From the human T2T-CHM13v2.0 reference genome, Homo sapiens: 64,000 nt of DNA. Location: the NCBI RefSeq assembly GCF_009914755.1, contig NC_060929.1; one strand, given 5' to 3'. The notes under the pieces are model-generated. The model ran no database searches. It was not told the DNA's origin and saw only the letters and a program-made list of their open reading frames with translations. Shown here one piece after another: positions 44,464 through 59,230 of the stretch. The translations under genes and the position numbers were made by a program. The stretch's first letter is position 1. Each line of letters begins with the position of its first letter.

Positions 44464-45363
44464 GAATGGGTTTTGGAGTCAGATAGACCTGGGTTCCAGT
44501 CCTGGTTGTTGCCCATTGACTGTATGGGCATTTTAATCTCTCAGAAACTCAGTTGCCTCAGTTTTCTCATCTGTAAAGTGAGGCTGATGAAAGTGACCAC
44601 CTCGTAGGGTTATTGTGAGGATTGCTCAGAAAGTGTTGGCTCTTTGGAATGATATTGTTGACTCTTTACCACCGCACAGCATGCTCTAGGGAAGAAGAGG
44701 CCAAGCTCTAATGGTCTTTGTAATCTCAGTTGTTCTTCCTCTTTTGGTGCCTCCTTTTTCTCTGTTCTGGGCAACTCTTCATCAGGTTTTGGGAACTTGG
44801 TGCCAATCTCAGTTTCATTTCTGGTGTGTTCAGGAAGTGACCCACATTTTAATCCATATTTGACAGTAACCAAAATAAATTGGCTTGGTTCATTATCCAA
44901 GTGTAGAATATGTACTTGTTTTGCTTCCAGCCCCAAATTCCCTCCGTATCCACTTTTTCATTACATTACAATTTATCGCCTATCAAGGCCTCTTATTAAA
45001 GCCAGGAGGATAATTTTTTCCAGTTTGAAAAGAGAGAATGTTAGAATTGTGGAGTTTTGTTTGTTGAACTTGGTAGATGGATGTCACCAGGTTTGGAAAA
45101 GGGGCTGAATTTATCCCCAGAATCTCAGCCCTATTACCTACCACTTTGTACAGGTAAGTTATGATGGAATGGATAGAAATCATGTGACCTCTCAAATCCC
45201 CAGGATCCTGAAAGTATCTGCCCTCTTTAAGACTTTCTCAAATGTCATCTCAGCAAATTCTACCCTGACAGCCTCCCCCATCCCACTTCTCTGCTCTACT
45301 TTTTTCTATAGTACTTATCTTGTTTTAACATGCTGTATAATTTACTTTGTTTACTAAGGTGTT

Positions 45364-45367
<4 letters not shown>

Positions 45368-45408
<41 letters not shown>
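45368..45408 (+). repeat. (TG)20 microsatellite inside an L2 3' end
   Basis: Direct read; flanked by L2 motifs 'actagaatgaaaactccacaagggc...aatgaatgaatg'. Confidence 0.97.
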
Positions 45409-45411
<3 letters not shown>

Positions 45412-48400
45412 GTCTCTCCTACTAGAATGAAAACTCCACAAGGGCAAAGATGTTTGCCATTGTTCATTTCTGTATAACCAGTGCTTAGGATGGCATCTGC
45501 TGTATGGACAAATATTTGTGGAATTAATGAATGAATGCTTTGATTCTTATATTGGAATGTTTGCTACATCCTATTCTCTCTGGCCAAAGAAGACATAAGA
45601 CTTGGGTTTAAATATTGACTCTGCCACAAATTGCCTCTGTCTTTGAGCAAATTATTTAATCTCTTAGGACCGTAGTTCTCTTATCTTTAAAATAAGGGGT
45701 TAGAGTAAATGATTGCTAAAGTTCCTACTAGTTCTGTAGTTCTGTGATTATAATCGCTGGTTAAAAGAGATGATGTACTGCTATTAAAATTCCCACATAT
45801 ATTTCCTAAAAACAGTTTGAATTTCATTGGTGGGCAAAGTGAATCAAGAGTTTCAGAAAAAAGTCTTTGGAGGCACCTTCTGCTTTCACTAAAACAGTTC
45901 TCAAGTATTACAGTGTAGTTGCTTTCAAGAACGTTTCTGCTAGCCCTTTTAGGATAAAGTTCAGACGTCTTGATAGGGCTTTCTGAGCCCTGTGGACTCT
46001 GGCCCCTGCCAGCTCCTCCAGCCTCACATTGCCTATGTGTATAAGCTCTCTGCTCCAGTCCTGAATCTGTTTTGATTTTTTCTAATGGATAATGGGTTTC
46101 CCAGCATCAGTCCACTGAATATTTCTGTTCCTTCTGCCTGGTGTCTCTGGTACCATCCCTGTCCTCCTTTGTTTGGCCAGTGCCTACTGGTTGTTTAGGT
46201 CTCAACACACAGAGGGTGTGGACTTAGGGAGGGATTGCCAATGGGGTTCCGTTTCCACTGGGAAGCTCACTAGCTATAGCGTGGTGTCAGAAACTGACTA
46301 GCCTGGTTGGCTATATCATCTGTGCAATAAGAATCCAAAAGTTGTTGGAATTAGATTGCAGAAGGTTTAGGTGACACAGTGAAGAGTCTTTGTTCAGTGG
46401 ACACTGGGAAGTCACTGTAAGTTTTTTGAGTAGCATAGTGACATAATCAAAGCTTTGTGAACTAAATAGCCCGGATATACCTCTAAGAGCATTGTATCAT
46501 TTCTCTGATCCCTAAAACATCCTTTGGGAGATAAATGCTAGGGTTCCTGTTTTGTAAATGGGGAAAAGCTAGGACACTTAATGATTAAAGGACTGATTTT
46601 CAGCATCATAGGAAAGCAGTTGATTGAGCCAGTGTTTTTATAATTAGATAGAATTGTGATCTGTGGGATTGATGAATGTTGCAAGTAGTTTTGTTCATTT
46701 TTCAAGTGGGCAACAAGATGAATATTTGAGTGTTGAGAAGCTGTCCCTCAAAGGTGACTGACTCAAGGATTTGTCAGGAAGCTTTGGCAGAGACTTGGAT
46801 TCTGCTTAGGAGATAAGTGATGCTTTTGGGGGTGGTCACAGGGTGATTTTTTGTATCATAGCTGTCTGTGCTCACCCTACGTGGTTGCTTTTGTTGTGTT
46901 GACTTGGCAAGATCAAAGAACAGGTGGATGCTGATTTCCCCTTCTGGCTAGTTTAGGAATTGAGAGTTCTCTCACAGCAACCCTCGTCTGTGATTCCATT
47001 CTATTTAAACCTTAAGGCAGGTATTTCGGTTTTGCAGCTTCATTGACAAACTGTTTAAAGCTGAGTTTGAAAAGGCAAGTCTTTGGTGGTATGATTGATA
47101 ATCTCCAAAGACCAGTTGCCACTCTGTTGGGGGAGTGCTTTTCAAACTTTAATGTGCATCCAGATTGCCTGGGGACCTTGTTAAAATGCAGGTTCTGAGG
47201 TGGGGCTTGACATTCTGCATTTCTTACAAGCTCCAGTTGATGTTCATGCTGCTGAGTTGCCTGTGCTAGACCAAGTTTCCCTTTACCTGACCCTTCTTCT
47301 TTTCCGCTATGTCCCAGCCTTTCTCTTTCTTGATGTCTTGGACAGTGGTCCCCATTTAGGGGCTACTAGCATTTGCCAGGTGGACTCATTGATTAGCTTG
47401 CGGCTACCACTATAGCCAGGGTGGTCTTTTCAAAATGAAAATCTGATCACATATGCCACTTCAGTGCTTAAAACCCTTTAGTTGTCTCCCATTGCTCTTA
47501 AAATGACCCCCTTATTGTGGTCTGTCTTCCTTTGCCTCTCCACTCTCATCTTACACCATCTCTGCATCTTCCGGCAACAGGACCCTTTTTCTGCTCCCTT
47601 TGATGCTCATGTGCCTCCTCTATCACAAGGCTGTGGTACATGCAGTGCCCTCTGATGCAGCATTCCTCCGCTTCCCTTCACCTCTTCCTCCTTTTATGTC
47701 TCAGCTCAAATGCCACTGCCTCTGGAAGCCACCTGGTTTCCCAGTCTAGTGACCTTCTGTCATTGGTAGGCTTCTTTGGTGTATAGCTGGGACCAGCATC
47801 AGAGAAACAGGCTTGGTTGGGGCATGGTGGGATATTGTGCTCTGACTGTGCTCTCAAATGGAGTATTGTGTAGCATTTTAGGAAGTTGTAGATTGCCTAA
47901 GAGCTGTCTTTCAAAAGCCACTCTGCCTGGAAGGGTGGTGATGGTGCAAGTACACTTTGTGGTATGTAGCGAGAAGAGGAAGAGCAAAGAGTTTCCGCCC
48001 AGGACCTATCATGCCATCTAAAGCTGGGTTTGTGTCTATGTATGCACTTGGTGAACAGTTATATATCCCTCCCCTCTTCCCCATGCTTCTCCTTTTTCTA
48101 CTGGTCTTGTCATTTTATAAATGCAGGAACTATATACCCTCAGGGAAGGAATTGACTAGTTCAGGGCTGTGGGATATATGGCTGACCTGAGAAAAGAATG
48201 CAGCTCTCATTGCAGCATGGAGCCCCTTCATCCACCAGGCCAAGCTGGTCTGGCATTTGAGTGGTAACCTTGAAGGCCCAGTAGCTGCCTGGCAGCTTTC
48301 CTGGGCATGGAAACAGCCCTGTTTAGGTGATGCTGTTCCTTCCCAATCTGGTATACCTCGAAGAGATAATGTGTTCCACATTAAACCTAACAGACATCGC

Positions 48401-48856
48401 TAATTTGGTCACCTTTTCTGCTTTTACTCTTACTGTAAGAGTAAAGTAATGCTGCAGGTATTCACTCTTATAGCGGTGAATGGTATTAGGAGTAACAACT
48501 GTGGTGGGTTTTTTTTTTGGAGGCATATTGTAATGTATCTTTATTTTCTTTAGAGATATGTGTTTCTGCATTTTGGTTCTTTCTTACATTCGTTACAACT
48601 CAGACTATAAGATCCCCTTAGATGCTAAGCTCCAGAAGGATAGGGTTCATGGCTATATCCTGAGTAGTTTGCGTGGTGCCTGGCACACAGTAGCCATTCT
48701 ACAAATGCTTGTCAAGACGAATGTCTTAATTTGTAATATGGTGAGAAGTTTACCCTCCATCTTTCAACAGTCCCAAGAGTGGATGCTTTGAGGCTGAGAG
48801 TATTTGTACCTGTGAATTCCTCAGCAGGATTTATTCCTTGAGCTGTAGGAATGACA

Positions 48857-49247
48857 TGTACCTTAGTTCGTTTTGTGCTGCTCTAACAGAATACCACAGA
48901 TTGGGTAACTTATAACCAACAGAAATTTATTGGCTCAAAATTCTGGAGGCTGGGAAGTCCAAGATTGAGGGCCCAGCATCTGGTGAGGAGGGGTCTGCTT
49001 TCTGTGTCATCCCATGTTGGAAGGGCAAAGAGAGGATGAGAGAGGCAAAAGGGAGCAAACCCATCTGTTTATAAGGAACCCATTCCTGTGATAATAAACT
49101 CACTCCCATGATTACAGCATTGATTCATTCATGAGGGCGGAGCCCCCATGGCCTCATCACCTCTTAAAGGTCCCCACCTCTTTGTACTGTTAGAGTGGCA
49201 ACTACATTTCAAACATGAGTTTTGGAAGGGACATTAAAACTGTAGCA
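48857..49247 (-). mobile_element. MaLR solo LTR (MST/MLT1A-like)
   Basis: 'tgtgctgctctaacagaataccacagattgggtaac...ggaggctgggaagtccaagat...catgagttttggaagggaca'. Confidence 0.85.
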
Positions 49248-49681
49248 AAATGTAATTGACTTCACAGCTGCTTATTCACATGCTTGAGTCACTGGCCTGA
49301 TGTAGTGGGACACACAGTGTTAAACGAACACTTTTGACTCATTGGTACAAATTTAAGTTGGTACCTTCTTATCCTTGAATGCAGGCTCTGAGAGAGCCAT
49401 ACTTCCCATTGTCTGGCACAATGATCTAGAAAGAAATACCTGCGTAATAAGTAACTATAAAAAATCCAGACTAAGTTTCTAATGATGAATAAAATTTGCA
49501 CTACCTGAAAGGCTTAAAGATTGAGCCTTTAAAGGGGAACTAGGGAGGGCTCTAGAGACATGCAGCTTATTCGCTTCTGTTCTTTAGTGACTCATTGGAG
49601 TCCTTCCTCCCCCTCTCTCTGTCTCTGTCTGTCTCTGTCTCTCTCTCTCAAACTGCCATCAGAAGGCTGAGGTCTTTTTCT

Positions 49682-49979
49682 TTGTCTTTTTTTTTTTTTT
49701 TCTGAGATGGAGTTTCACTGTTGTCACCCAGGATGGAGTGCAATAGCGTGATCTCGGCTTACTGCAACCTCCGGGTTCAAACAATTCTCCTGCCTCAGCC
49801 TCCCGAGTAGCTGGGATTACAGGCACCTGCCACCACGCTCAGCTAATTTTTGTATTTTTAGCAGAGTCGGGGTTTCACCATGTTGGTCAGGCTGGTCTCT
49901 AACTCCTGACCTCAGGTGATCCACCCACTCAGCCTCCCAAAGTGCTGGGATTACAGGCGTGAGCCACTGTGCTCAGCCT
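49682..49979 (-). mobile_element. AluS
   Basis: Antisense dimer flanked by aggtctttt repeats. Confidence 0.93.
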
Positions 49980-51718
49980 CAAGGTCTTTTATCTAATTCC
50001 ATTATTTGTGCTTTGTTAATAGACCTGCTTATGGTGTCAGTTCAGTAGTTTCCCGGCTTTCCACAACTATTCTCGTGAACCTGGCAGCACGTTCTCTTGT
50101 GCTCACGTGTGATTTGATCCCCATAGCTAGAAGGTGCCTGCAAACTGGAAGGTCTTAGAATCAGGGTGGGAGGAAAGCGGAGGCCGTGGCAGAGAGAGAT
50201 CAAAATGATGCCAGGTTCATTTTTTGTTCCAGTCTAAGAAGGTATCTAAACCTCCACATTGTATGACTCCTGTTCCTCCCTGATGGGGAACATCAGGTCA
50301 CAGATGGGGCTCTGGGCAAGAGTGTGTGTGTTTGCCTGTACAATTCAGTCATCAGCTTACTGCAGGTGCCGTTTCCTGTTCTTGAGGCATCTTTAACTGC
50401 ATGATGGTGGCTATGTGGTTTTAGTTGGTTGGAGCACAGGTCTGATTGCTTTTTCTTTCTTTTTAACATTTTTTCTGGGCATAGCTTTGACTCTTTCCTC
50501 TGGGTTTGAGCTGTGGAATTGCTGTAGGAGCTTTTTGCATTGTGTTTTACACATCTAGTTCTCCCTCCTGTCATCTTGAAGTTCACATCTGTGCTATTCT
50601 AGTGCTGCACTGTGGGATAATAAGAGTTATAGTCATAGCGAATAGAAATTGATGACGCCCTATGTGCCAGACCTTAAAATCTTGTATGTACTGTCATTCA
50701 GTCATCAGAACTTTATAATGTATAGTGTCACTGTTGTGCCACCATCTCTTTTTTTTTTAGATGAGGAAAGACATGAGATCCATGGGAAAGACACTGGATG
50801 CCCCTTTTTGGTAAATACGGACAAACATAAAAACCCCAATCATCTTTTTGAGAAAAAGAGTGGGTACCTTGTCTGAATCCCTGGCATATTTTCAAGGCTG
50901 CCTGCTAAGGTGTAAGATTTAGTAGAGGGTTTTTTTTTTTTTTAACTGTTACCAAGGAGATGGATTGCCTTCCAAAGGCAAATATGATGATGAAGAATTC
51001 CCACCCCTCCCCCAGCCCCCGCCTTTGGCTGCTCTTGTGTTCAAAGAATGTCACTGTACCCAACTGTTTTCCTTGCAAGGAATAGGGACGAAAGTACCTT
51101 GTCTTAAACTTTTGTGGTTAGAGAAGCCCACAGCCCTTAGGGAAACATTGCATTTTTAAAAAATGACTTTAAATCCGTGCTGTTGATACTTATGTCTAAT
51201 GCCAGTCATTGGTCTGGGATCTGTGTGCAGAGTTGCCTTCTGTCTGGTGAGACTGGAGTGGGTGCGGGTCAGATTCCGTAACCTCGTGGAGAGAGGATAA
51301 AAACTAGATTGAAAGAAGAACATCAGAGGGGATCTGTTCCCTCTTAAATCCCTGGAAGCTCCAGAGGCCGTGAGAGTTGAGATGAGAGAAACTATTCTGT
51401 GGTACCTTTTATATGAATGAGGTATTTGTTTACAACAATATCCAGATAATTTTCTTTTTACAGTAATGGCTACAATTTTGCCCCATCCTGTTATCATTGG
51501 TGATGAAGGCTATAAACAGATGTGTGGAAGTTGATGTTTTTCAGATTTCGTTTTCATTTTATTCTGAGCATTCTTTAACAGAGCTGTACCCAGTTAGCAG
51601 GATTTACCTTGTTTAAAGTTTGGTCTCCTTTTATTTTTCTGGTCCTTAATTTTAGTGGAGAGGTCCATGCGAAGTCAATTTGCTGAGATCTGCCAGTAGA
51701 TGGAGGAAAGAAAAAGTA

Positions 51719-51919
51719 CAGTAAGTCCTCACTTAACATTGTCGGTAGGTTCTTGGAAACTGTGGCTTTAAGTAAAATGGATTCTTGAATAATGTCATTT
51801 TGTTCAACGTAGTTTTTATTGTAATGTTGAGGACAAAAAAATTGGTTTTGTTATGTGTTGTTTTACTTAAAGTTGCAGTTTCCAAGAACCTATCGACGAT
51901 GTTAAGCGGGGATTCCATG
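51719..51919. mobile_element. Palindromic TcMar-Tigger MITE, MER6B-like
   Basis: TA + 'cagtaagtcctcacttaac'; 46-bp inverted repeat 51732-51777 / 51861-51906. Confidence 0.8.
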
Positions 51920-52499
51920 TAATTGTAATCGTCAGTTGAAGTGGCTCTGGAGTGTTTTTGGGATTGAAGTTTTATTGATGAAAAAGTAGGCATTGGCAAA
52001 TTTTTTTTTTTAACAGCTGTATTGAAATACAATGCACATACTAGGGCACTGGAAATTTAGAATTAGCTCAGGGACACTAGAGTAGACAGTAGACCAAGTC
52101 TGGGACTCTGATGAGAGGCCCATTGACATTATTTGTTTGTTTAAATTAGGAGGCCCAAACCTGAGTTAGATTTCATCCTCTCCAAACCTCAGTTTCCTCA
52201 CCTGTAAAGTAGAGAAAATAATACTTGGGCCTACCCCATAGGGCTCATTCAAGGATTCAGTAAGCCTCTAGTCCATATTAAGTGTTTTGGGGCCATGCAG
52301 GGCCAACTGAAGTTCCAGTGTGTAGTGGCGGGGAGATACCCCTTAATCCAGCCTCATGCGCAGACTGTCATAAAGTATGGGAACCTTATCTTTCTGGTCT
52401 GCATAGTTTCTTCTGGTGAAAGAATGGTTAATTGAACTGAAAGTACATTGTGTCTTGTGTTTGGGAAATAAAATAGTGATCTGAGATGCCAATTAAATC

Positions 52500-52656
52500 T
52501 AGTGTTGCCAGATAAAATATGGGACACCCAGTAAAATTTGAACTTCAGATAAATAATGAAAAATTTTCAGAATAAATATGTCCCAATATAATTGTAGTTT
52601 ACCTTAAATTTAACTAGTTGTTCTGCATTTTTATTGGTGAAGTCTGGCACCTCTAA
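52500..52656. mobile_element. hAT MITE, MER53-like
   Basis: Termini 'tagtgttgccagataaaata' / 'tctggcacctcta' with internal 'aaatttgaacttcagataaa'. Confidence 0.75.
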
Positions 52657-53463
52657 TTTTGTCTCATTGTTTCCCCATTTGGAATCTTTTGGCTGCCTTT
52701 ATGATAGCTGAAAATGAGTTGAGGAATTTCAAATAGGATGCAGAGGTATGATTTTATTTGCATCTGCCCCATAGCTCCTGTCCTTTGTTGTTGCTAATAG
52801 AAACCTGGCCTTTCACGAAAGGTCCCGTCATCTATTAAAACACTGGTTGCATAGCAGCCAAACATTTTTGTTGAGAAATAAGCCGGACGGAAATCTCTGT
52901 GATGACACTTCCTTCAACCTCACGCTATTGCCGAACATGCGACAAGGAGGATGTTGGGAATGGAATCATAAGAATCCTCCTGCAGCACGTCAGCAGTTCA
53001 CCCTGGAGCAGTTAGAGGTCAGCAGGCAGGGACTCTGGTGGCATCTGGGGATGTGTTCTTGGGCTTTAATAGCAGGTAGGAAGCCTTATCTGTGGAGGAG
53101 TCCAGCAGTGAACATCCCATTCTGCATGCCAAGGGAACGCACAAATAGGCAACATACAAAAACAAAAGAAGTCAAAGGCCTGGTCCTTGATCACTGAGGA
53201 GTGTATAGTTCCAGAGAGGGATAGGACCAGCAGGTATTTACACAACACTTCCTTTGTGACTTTGTATCAGCACTGGTAGGTGCTTTCCACGCACTGTCAT
53301 AGTAATCCTTAACAGCAGCCCTGTGAACAAGATCCTGTTATTATTCCCATTTTCCACATGAGGAGACTGAAGCTTAGGCTGTGGGATGGAGCCTGCAGCC
53401 GTAAAGTCAGCCTGACCTAAAAGTTCCTGTTCTGTCTCTACTCCTTATCAAATATTGCAAGTA

Positions 53464-53540
53464 TAGGTTGAATCATATGAAATTGCCAGTATGTAACAAT
53501 TTTGACCTACAAAAAACGACAGTTTTATATGGTTCAACTT
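53464..53540. mobile_element. Mariner-derived MITE, MADE2-like
   Basis: ~80-bp palindrome 'taggttgaatcatatgaaattgcc...gacagttttatatggttcaact'. Confidence 0.8.
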
Positions 53541-53701
53541 CATCCAAAGAACGAGACCCAATATTATATACACACACATATATATATTACAAATAACTTG
53601 CTATTCCGTAACTATTACACATAACTTGCCGAGGCTGACTAGGGTGAATGAAATATGTGGACCTAGTTTTGGTCTAACCAGGGATGCTTCTGGGAAGCTA
53701 G

Positions 53702-54108
<407 letters not shown>

Positions 54109-54124
54109 TGAACAGATTTTTTTT

Positions 54125-54900
<776 letters not shown>

Positions 54901-55410
54901 GCAGGTTTTTGAGGAGGGAGAGCGAAAAATGAGTTTATATGAAGGCCCAAAAGTGTGACTGAGGTTTGGAATAGCTAATGAGGCAGCTGTAACCTGGAAT
55001 GAAGTACCAGAACCCAGAAAGATGAGCTGGACAGATTTTAGTAGGAAGGTTAAAGGTGCTCTGGAGTTAGCCAGTGATCCTGCTGCCTCTCCTTCTCTAT
55101 GAAGCCAGTGTTCCTTTCTTTGCATATTTGGTAGGGTGGGTAAAAGGCTCCTCTTTCTGTTGCTGATTTTGGACCAGGAATGTCATTTTTTAACCTTCCA
55201 GTGGCAATAGTCCTTAACCCGGAAGTAGCAATGCTCCCCCTTCTAGAGCATCAATTCCCTAATGTGGAAATCCAGTCCCACAGTTTTCTCTGAGAAAAAT
55301 GTGGACAGTGTAATATAATGGGTTATTCATAAGCCTAAATTTATATAATGCAAAGGTGTGTGTCTTATTCTTGGAGTGTATCTTTCTTACTGTTTTGGAA
55401 TAATGAAGAC

Positions 55411-55710
55411 TTTTTGTTGTTGTTGTCGGAGACAGAGTCTTGCTGTTTTGCCCAGGCTGGAATGCAAGGCACAAAGACGGCTCACTGGAGCCTTGACCTT
55501 CTGAGCTCAAGTGATCCTCCTGCTTCAGCCTCCCAAGGAGCTGGGACCACGGGCATGTGCCACCAGGCCCATGTATTTTTTTATTTTTATTTTTTGTAGA
55601 AACGGAATCTCACTATGTTGCTCAGGCTGGTCTTGAACTTTTGGGCTCAAGCAATCCTCCTGCCTGGGATTACAGTGCTGGGATTACAGGCCTGAGCCAT
55701 TGTGCTGGCC
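55411..55710 (-). mobile_element. AluJ
   Basis: Diverged antisense dimer; flanks atgaagacttttt / atgacaacttttt. Confidence 0.88.
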
Positions 55711-55789
55711 ATGACAACTTTTTAATTCAGTGATGTTAATATATGTTTTTTAACGGTTGTACATGGCATAATAAGTTATAGGCAATGAA

Positions 55790-55790
<1 letters not shown>

Positions 55791-55823
<33 letters not shown>
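55791..55823 (+). repeat. (TG)16 microsatellite
   Basis: Direct read. Confidence 0.97.
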
Positions 55824-55825
<2 letters not shown>

Positions 55826-57268
55826 AGTTTAAGTTGGTTGTTGAAATTCCCAAATCTGGGGACTACTTCTCCAAAGAAAGTTTTGGGAAGGCATTAGTTA
55901 ACATCTTTGTATTTTGCCTTCTTCCGTATTTTCTTACATTATTGTGTAGTGTGGGCATCTAGAGTGATGCCTGGACGACATCACAGTGAAAGATTAGTGC
56001 AACGAAGAAAAGACAATCCCAGTTATGTACCCCCCCACTACTTAGACATCTAACTCTGTGTTAATATATGCAGTTGATGGGCACATGTCATCTTAAATCC
56101 TTTTGGTAGTACAAAGAAGCCAGAACTAAGTTTAGTTTGGATTTCTTACGCATATTTGGAACTAACCAGCAGTTGACTCATTTCAGGATAAGCAGTTGTT
56201 TTCTATGGATATTCTGCTGAGGTTGGAGGCTCTGCACCAACTGTATGTGGTGAGGGCTTTGATATAGAACAGCAGCACTGGATCCAAAGTGTGAAGGGAG
56301 CCCTCAGGCTTGCTATACTGTGCCCGTCCTCAAGGTTGGGGCTAGGGAGAGGGATTTTTCTGTAACATGATCCTACAGTACACATAGCCACATTCTCCAG
56401 TTAATAATGACAACCGTGATAATGGTTGAAATTAATCACAGTGAAATTAAGGCATGAAATTAATAACAGTGAATGCATTGAGCCAACATCATGCTAAATG
56501 CTTTCAGGCATGATGCAATTTGATCCTAGCAACAGTTGTGTTAGACAGGTATGGTTATTCCTTTTTTGTGAGAAGCAACTTAGGGGCAGTAGTGTTTGGT
56601 AAATTGCACACTTACCTTGCCACTGACTGAATGAGAGATGTAGAGCCCATTGCCAGAAGGGGCCAAGCCAGGGTTCAAACCTAACCTGTTCTTTTAAAAC
56701 CATGAGCCTCTCAGATCAGCAGTTTCTACACCAGATTGTATTCCCAGAGGCCCAGCGCTTCAGTTCAGCTGTGCTGCTGAGGTCTTGTGTGTGAAAAGGG
56801 AACTGGGAATGGATTCTGCAGGCCATGCTTAGCAAAACCTCCCTGAGGCAGCCCACGGCTCTGGTGTATCCAGCACACTTTATTGCTGCCCCTCTGTCTA
56901 CAGACGGCTCTATTGATTCAGCCTTGGGAAGTCTTTGCCCCCTGCCCTCTTCACCCTTTTTGTTGATACATTCCCAGAATGTTCAAGTTCACACCCATGT
57001 TGCAACCCTGGCTCCTAAGCCTGAGGACAGGATGTGAGTGCCTGCCCTGGTGCTCATGGGTATCAGCGGGACAGAGATTTGTGCTGAGCTGCGTGCTGCT
57101 GGCTTCCCCCTTGCCTGTCCTTGGGAACTGGGGACTTTACCCGCTGTCTTTATGCAGTTCTTACAGGCCATATTTTAATGCTGTGTCATCTCTTAGAAAG
57201 ATGGGTTGAAAAGGATAAACTGGAAGCTTCTATTCATTTCTCTTTTATTTTTAAGAATGTTGTATTTT

Positions 57269-57693
<425 letters not shown>

Positions 57694-59039
57694 TCAAATT
57701 TTGTTTAGTAGTAATTTCTGCATTCCCTTTTCTTTCCTTTCCTCCTCTCCTCTTTTTTTTTTCTCATCAGTTTAACATTTGCCATAGTTTATGCTTAGCA
57801 ACCTGTGAGATACGGCTAGTGTCACTCACTTTTGGTAACACGGAGTCACCAAGGTACAGAATAACTAAGTGGGGTATGCAGGGTCTGGCCAGAAATACAA
57901 TCTTTTGATTGCTAGCCCAGCTGCTTTCCTTGTTATCACTTTGTGGAGCAGGCTGGACATTGACAATGAGTTCTGAGACTGAGTGGAATGGGAGACCCCT
58001 CCCAGCTGGTGGTCGAGCTGCCTAGAGCATGGTCCATCTGTTTGGGACTAGGGTTGAGCTCCAAGATGGACCAATCAACCCCACCAAGAAAGAAACCCCT
58101 TCTATCACCGCGGAGTGTACCATAGCTCCTGTCAGCCGCTCTGGAAGTTTTTGCCACCAGAAGAGAGATGCAGAGCATCTTTTCTTACCACAGCTGAACT
58201 GAGAACATATGTTTCATCCATATATGGCACCTTACTTATTAAGCTTGTGTCCTTGTCCTTTCTAATACTCTGGCACCTTGCCCATCAGATGGCTGCCCCT
58301 TTTTATAAGATAAGTGCCTGTATGGCTGGCTGTTCTGATTTTAAGTCATGAGCTTTGACTTTTATCAGAAATTTACAGCTTGGTTTTCAAAGGACTTAGT
58401 TGAGTGCAACTGCATGAAATGGTAGTGTTAAATTTTATACTGTAGAAATGTTGAAATGGAACTCTATAAAATGTGCGTTTTCAGTGTCTTTTTTGAATGG
58501 TTTTATTTGTGTGTTTTATCAGTCTTAGACATTTTTATTACTCAAGTAATCTGTTCATTGTAGAATGATTAGAAAATACAGATAAGCAAAGAGAGAGAGG
58601 AAAAGAAAAGAAAAAAATATAGGTCTACTGTAAATAAAAGTTCCCCAAGAGAGAAGCCAGGATGTGAAGGACTTTGAGCTTCTTAGAAGAAGGGGTCAGA
58701 TCAGCTGGTGCAATTCTGCATTCCCAGCAGCACTCTGTTCTTCCTGTTTTGGACACTAGCAATCAAGACAGAAGTTGGGGTGTCTGAATATGTCCTGGAG
58801 AAAGTCAAGATGGCTTTTGGTTTGCTGCCCCAGGCAGTGAGTCCCGGTGGTTCAGGGGCCAAAAGTCCTGCAGTTAATCCACCACCTGCAAGGGATGGCT
58901 GTGAAAAGAGAAAAATAGTCCTCCTTTGGAGTCCCATTATTTATACAGTTGCTAGCTTTCAAGCAGATAGAGAGAAAATAATCTTACAGTCATGCTTTCC
59001 CTCCTCTTAACTTCTGCCAGTCCTGCTGGAGCCATCCAC

Positions 59040-59230
59040 TCCTTCATTCATCTGTCCATCCATCCATCCATCCAATCACTCATTCATTCATTCATCCACT
59101 TAGTGGCTCACTTCATTCATCCATTCAATACCAATTTACTGTGTACCTGCTGAGCACTAAACACTGTTGCATTTGGTTCTGGGAATACAGCATGAATAAG
59201 ATAAGGCCCTTCTCTCATGGATCTTACATT
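59040..59230 (-). mobile_element. L2 3' end with (TCCA/TTCA)n tail
   Basis: (TCCA)n/(TTCA)n followed by 'tttactgtgtacctgctgag...ctgggaatacagcatgaataaga'. Confidence 0.7.
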
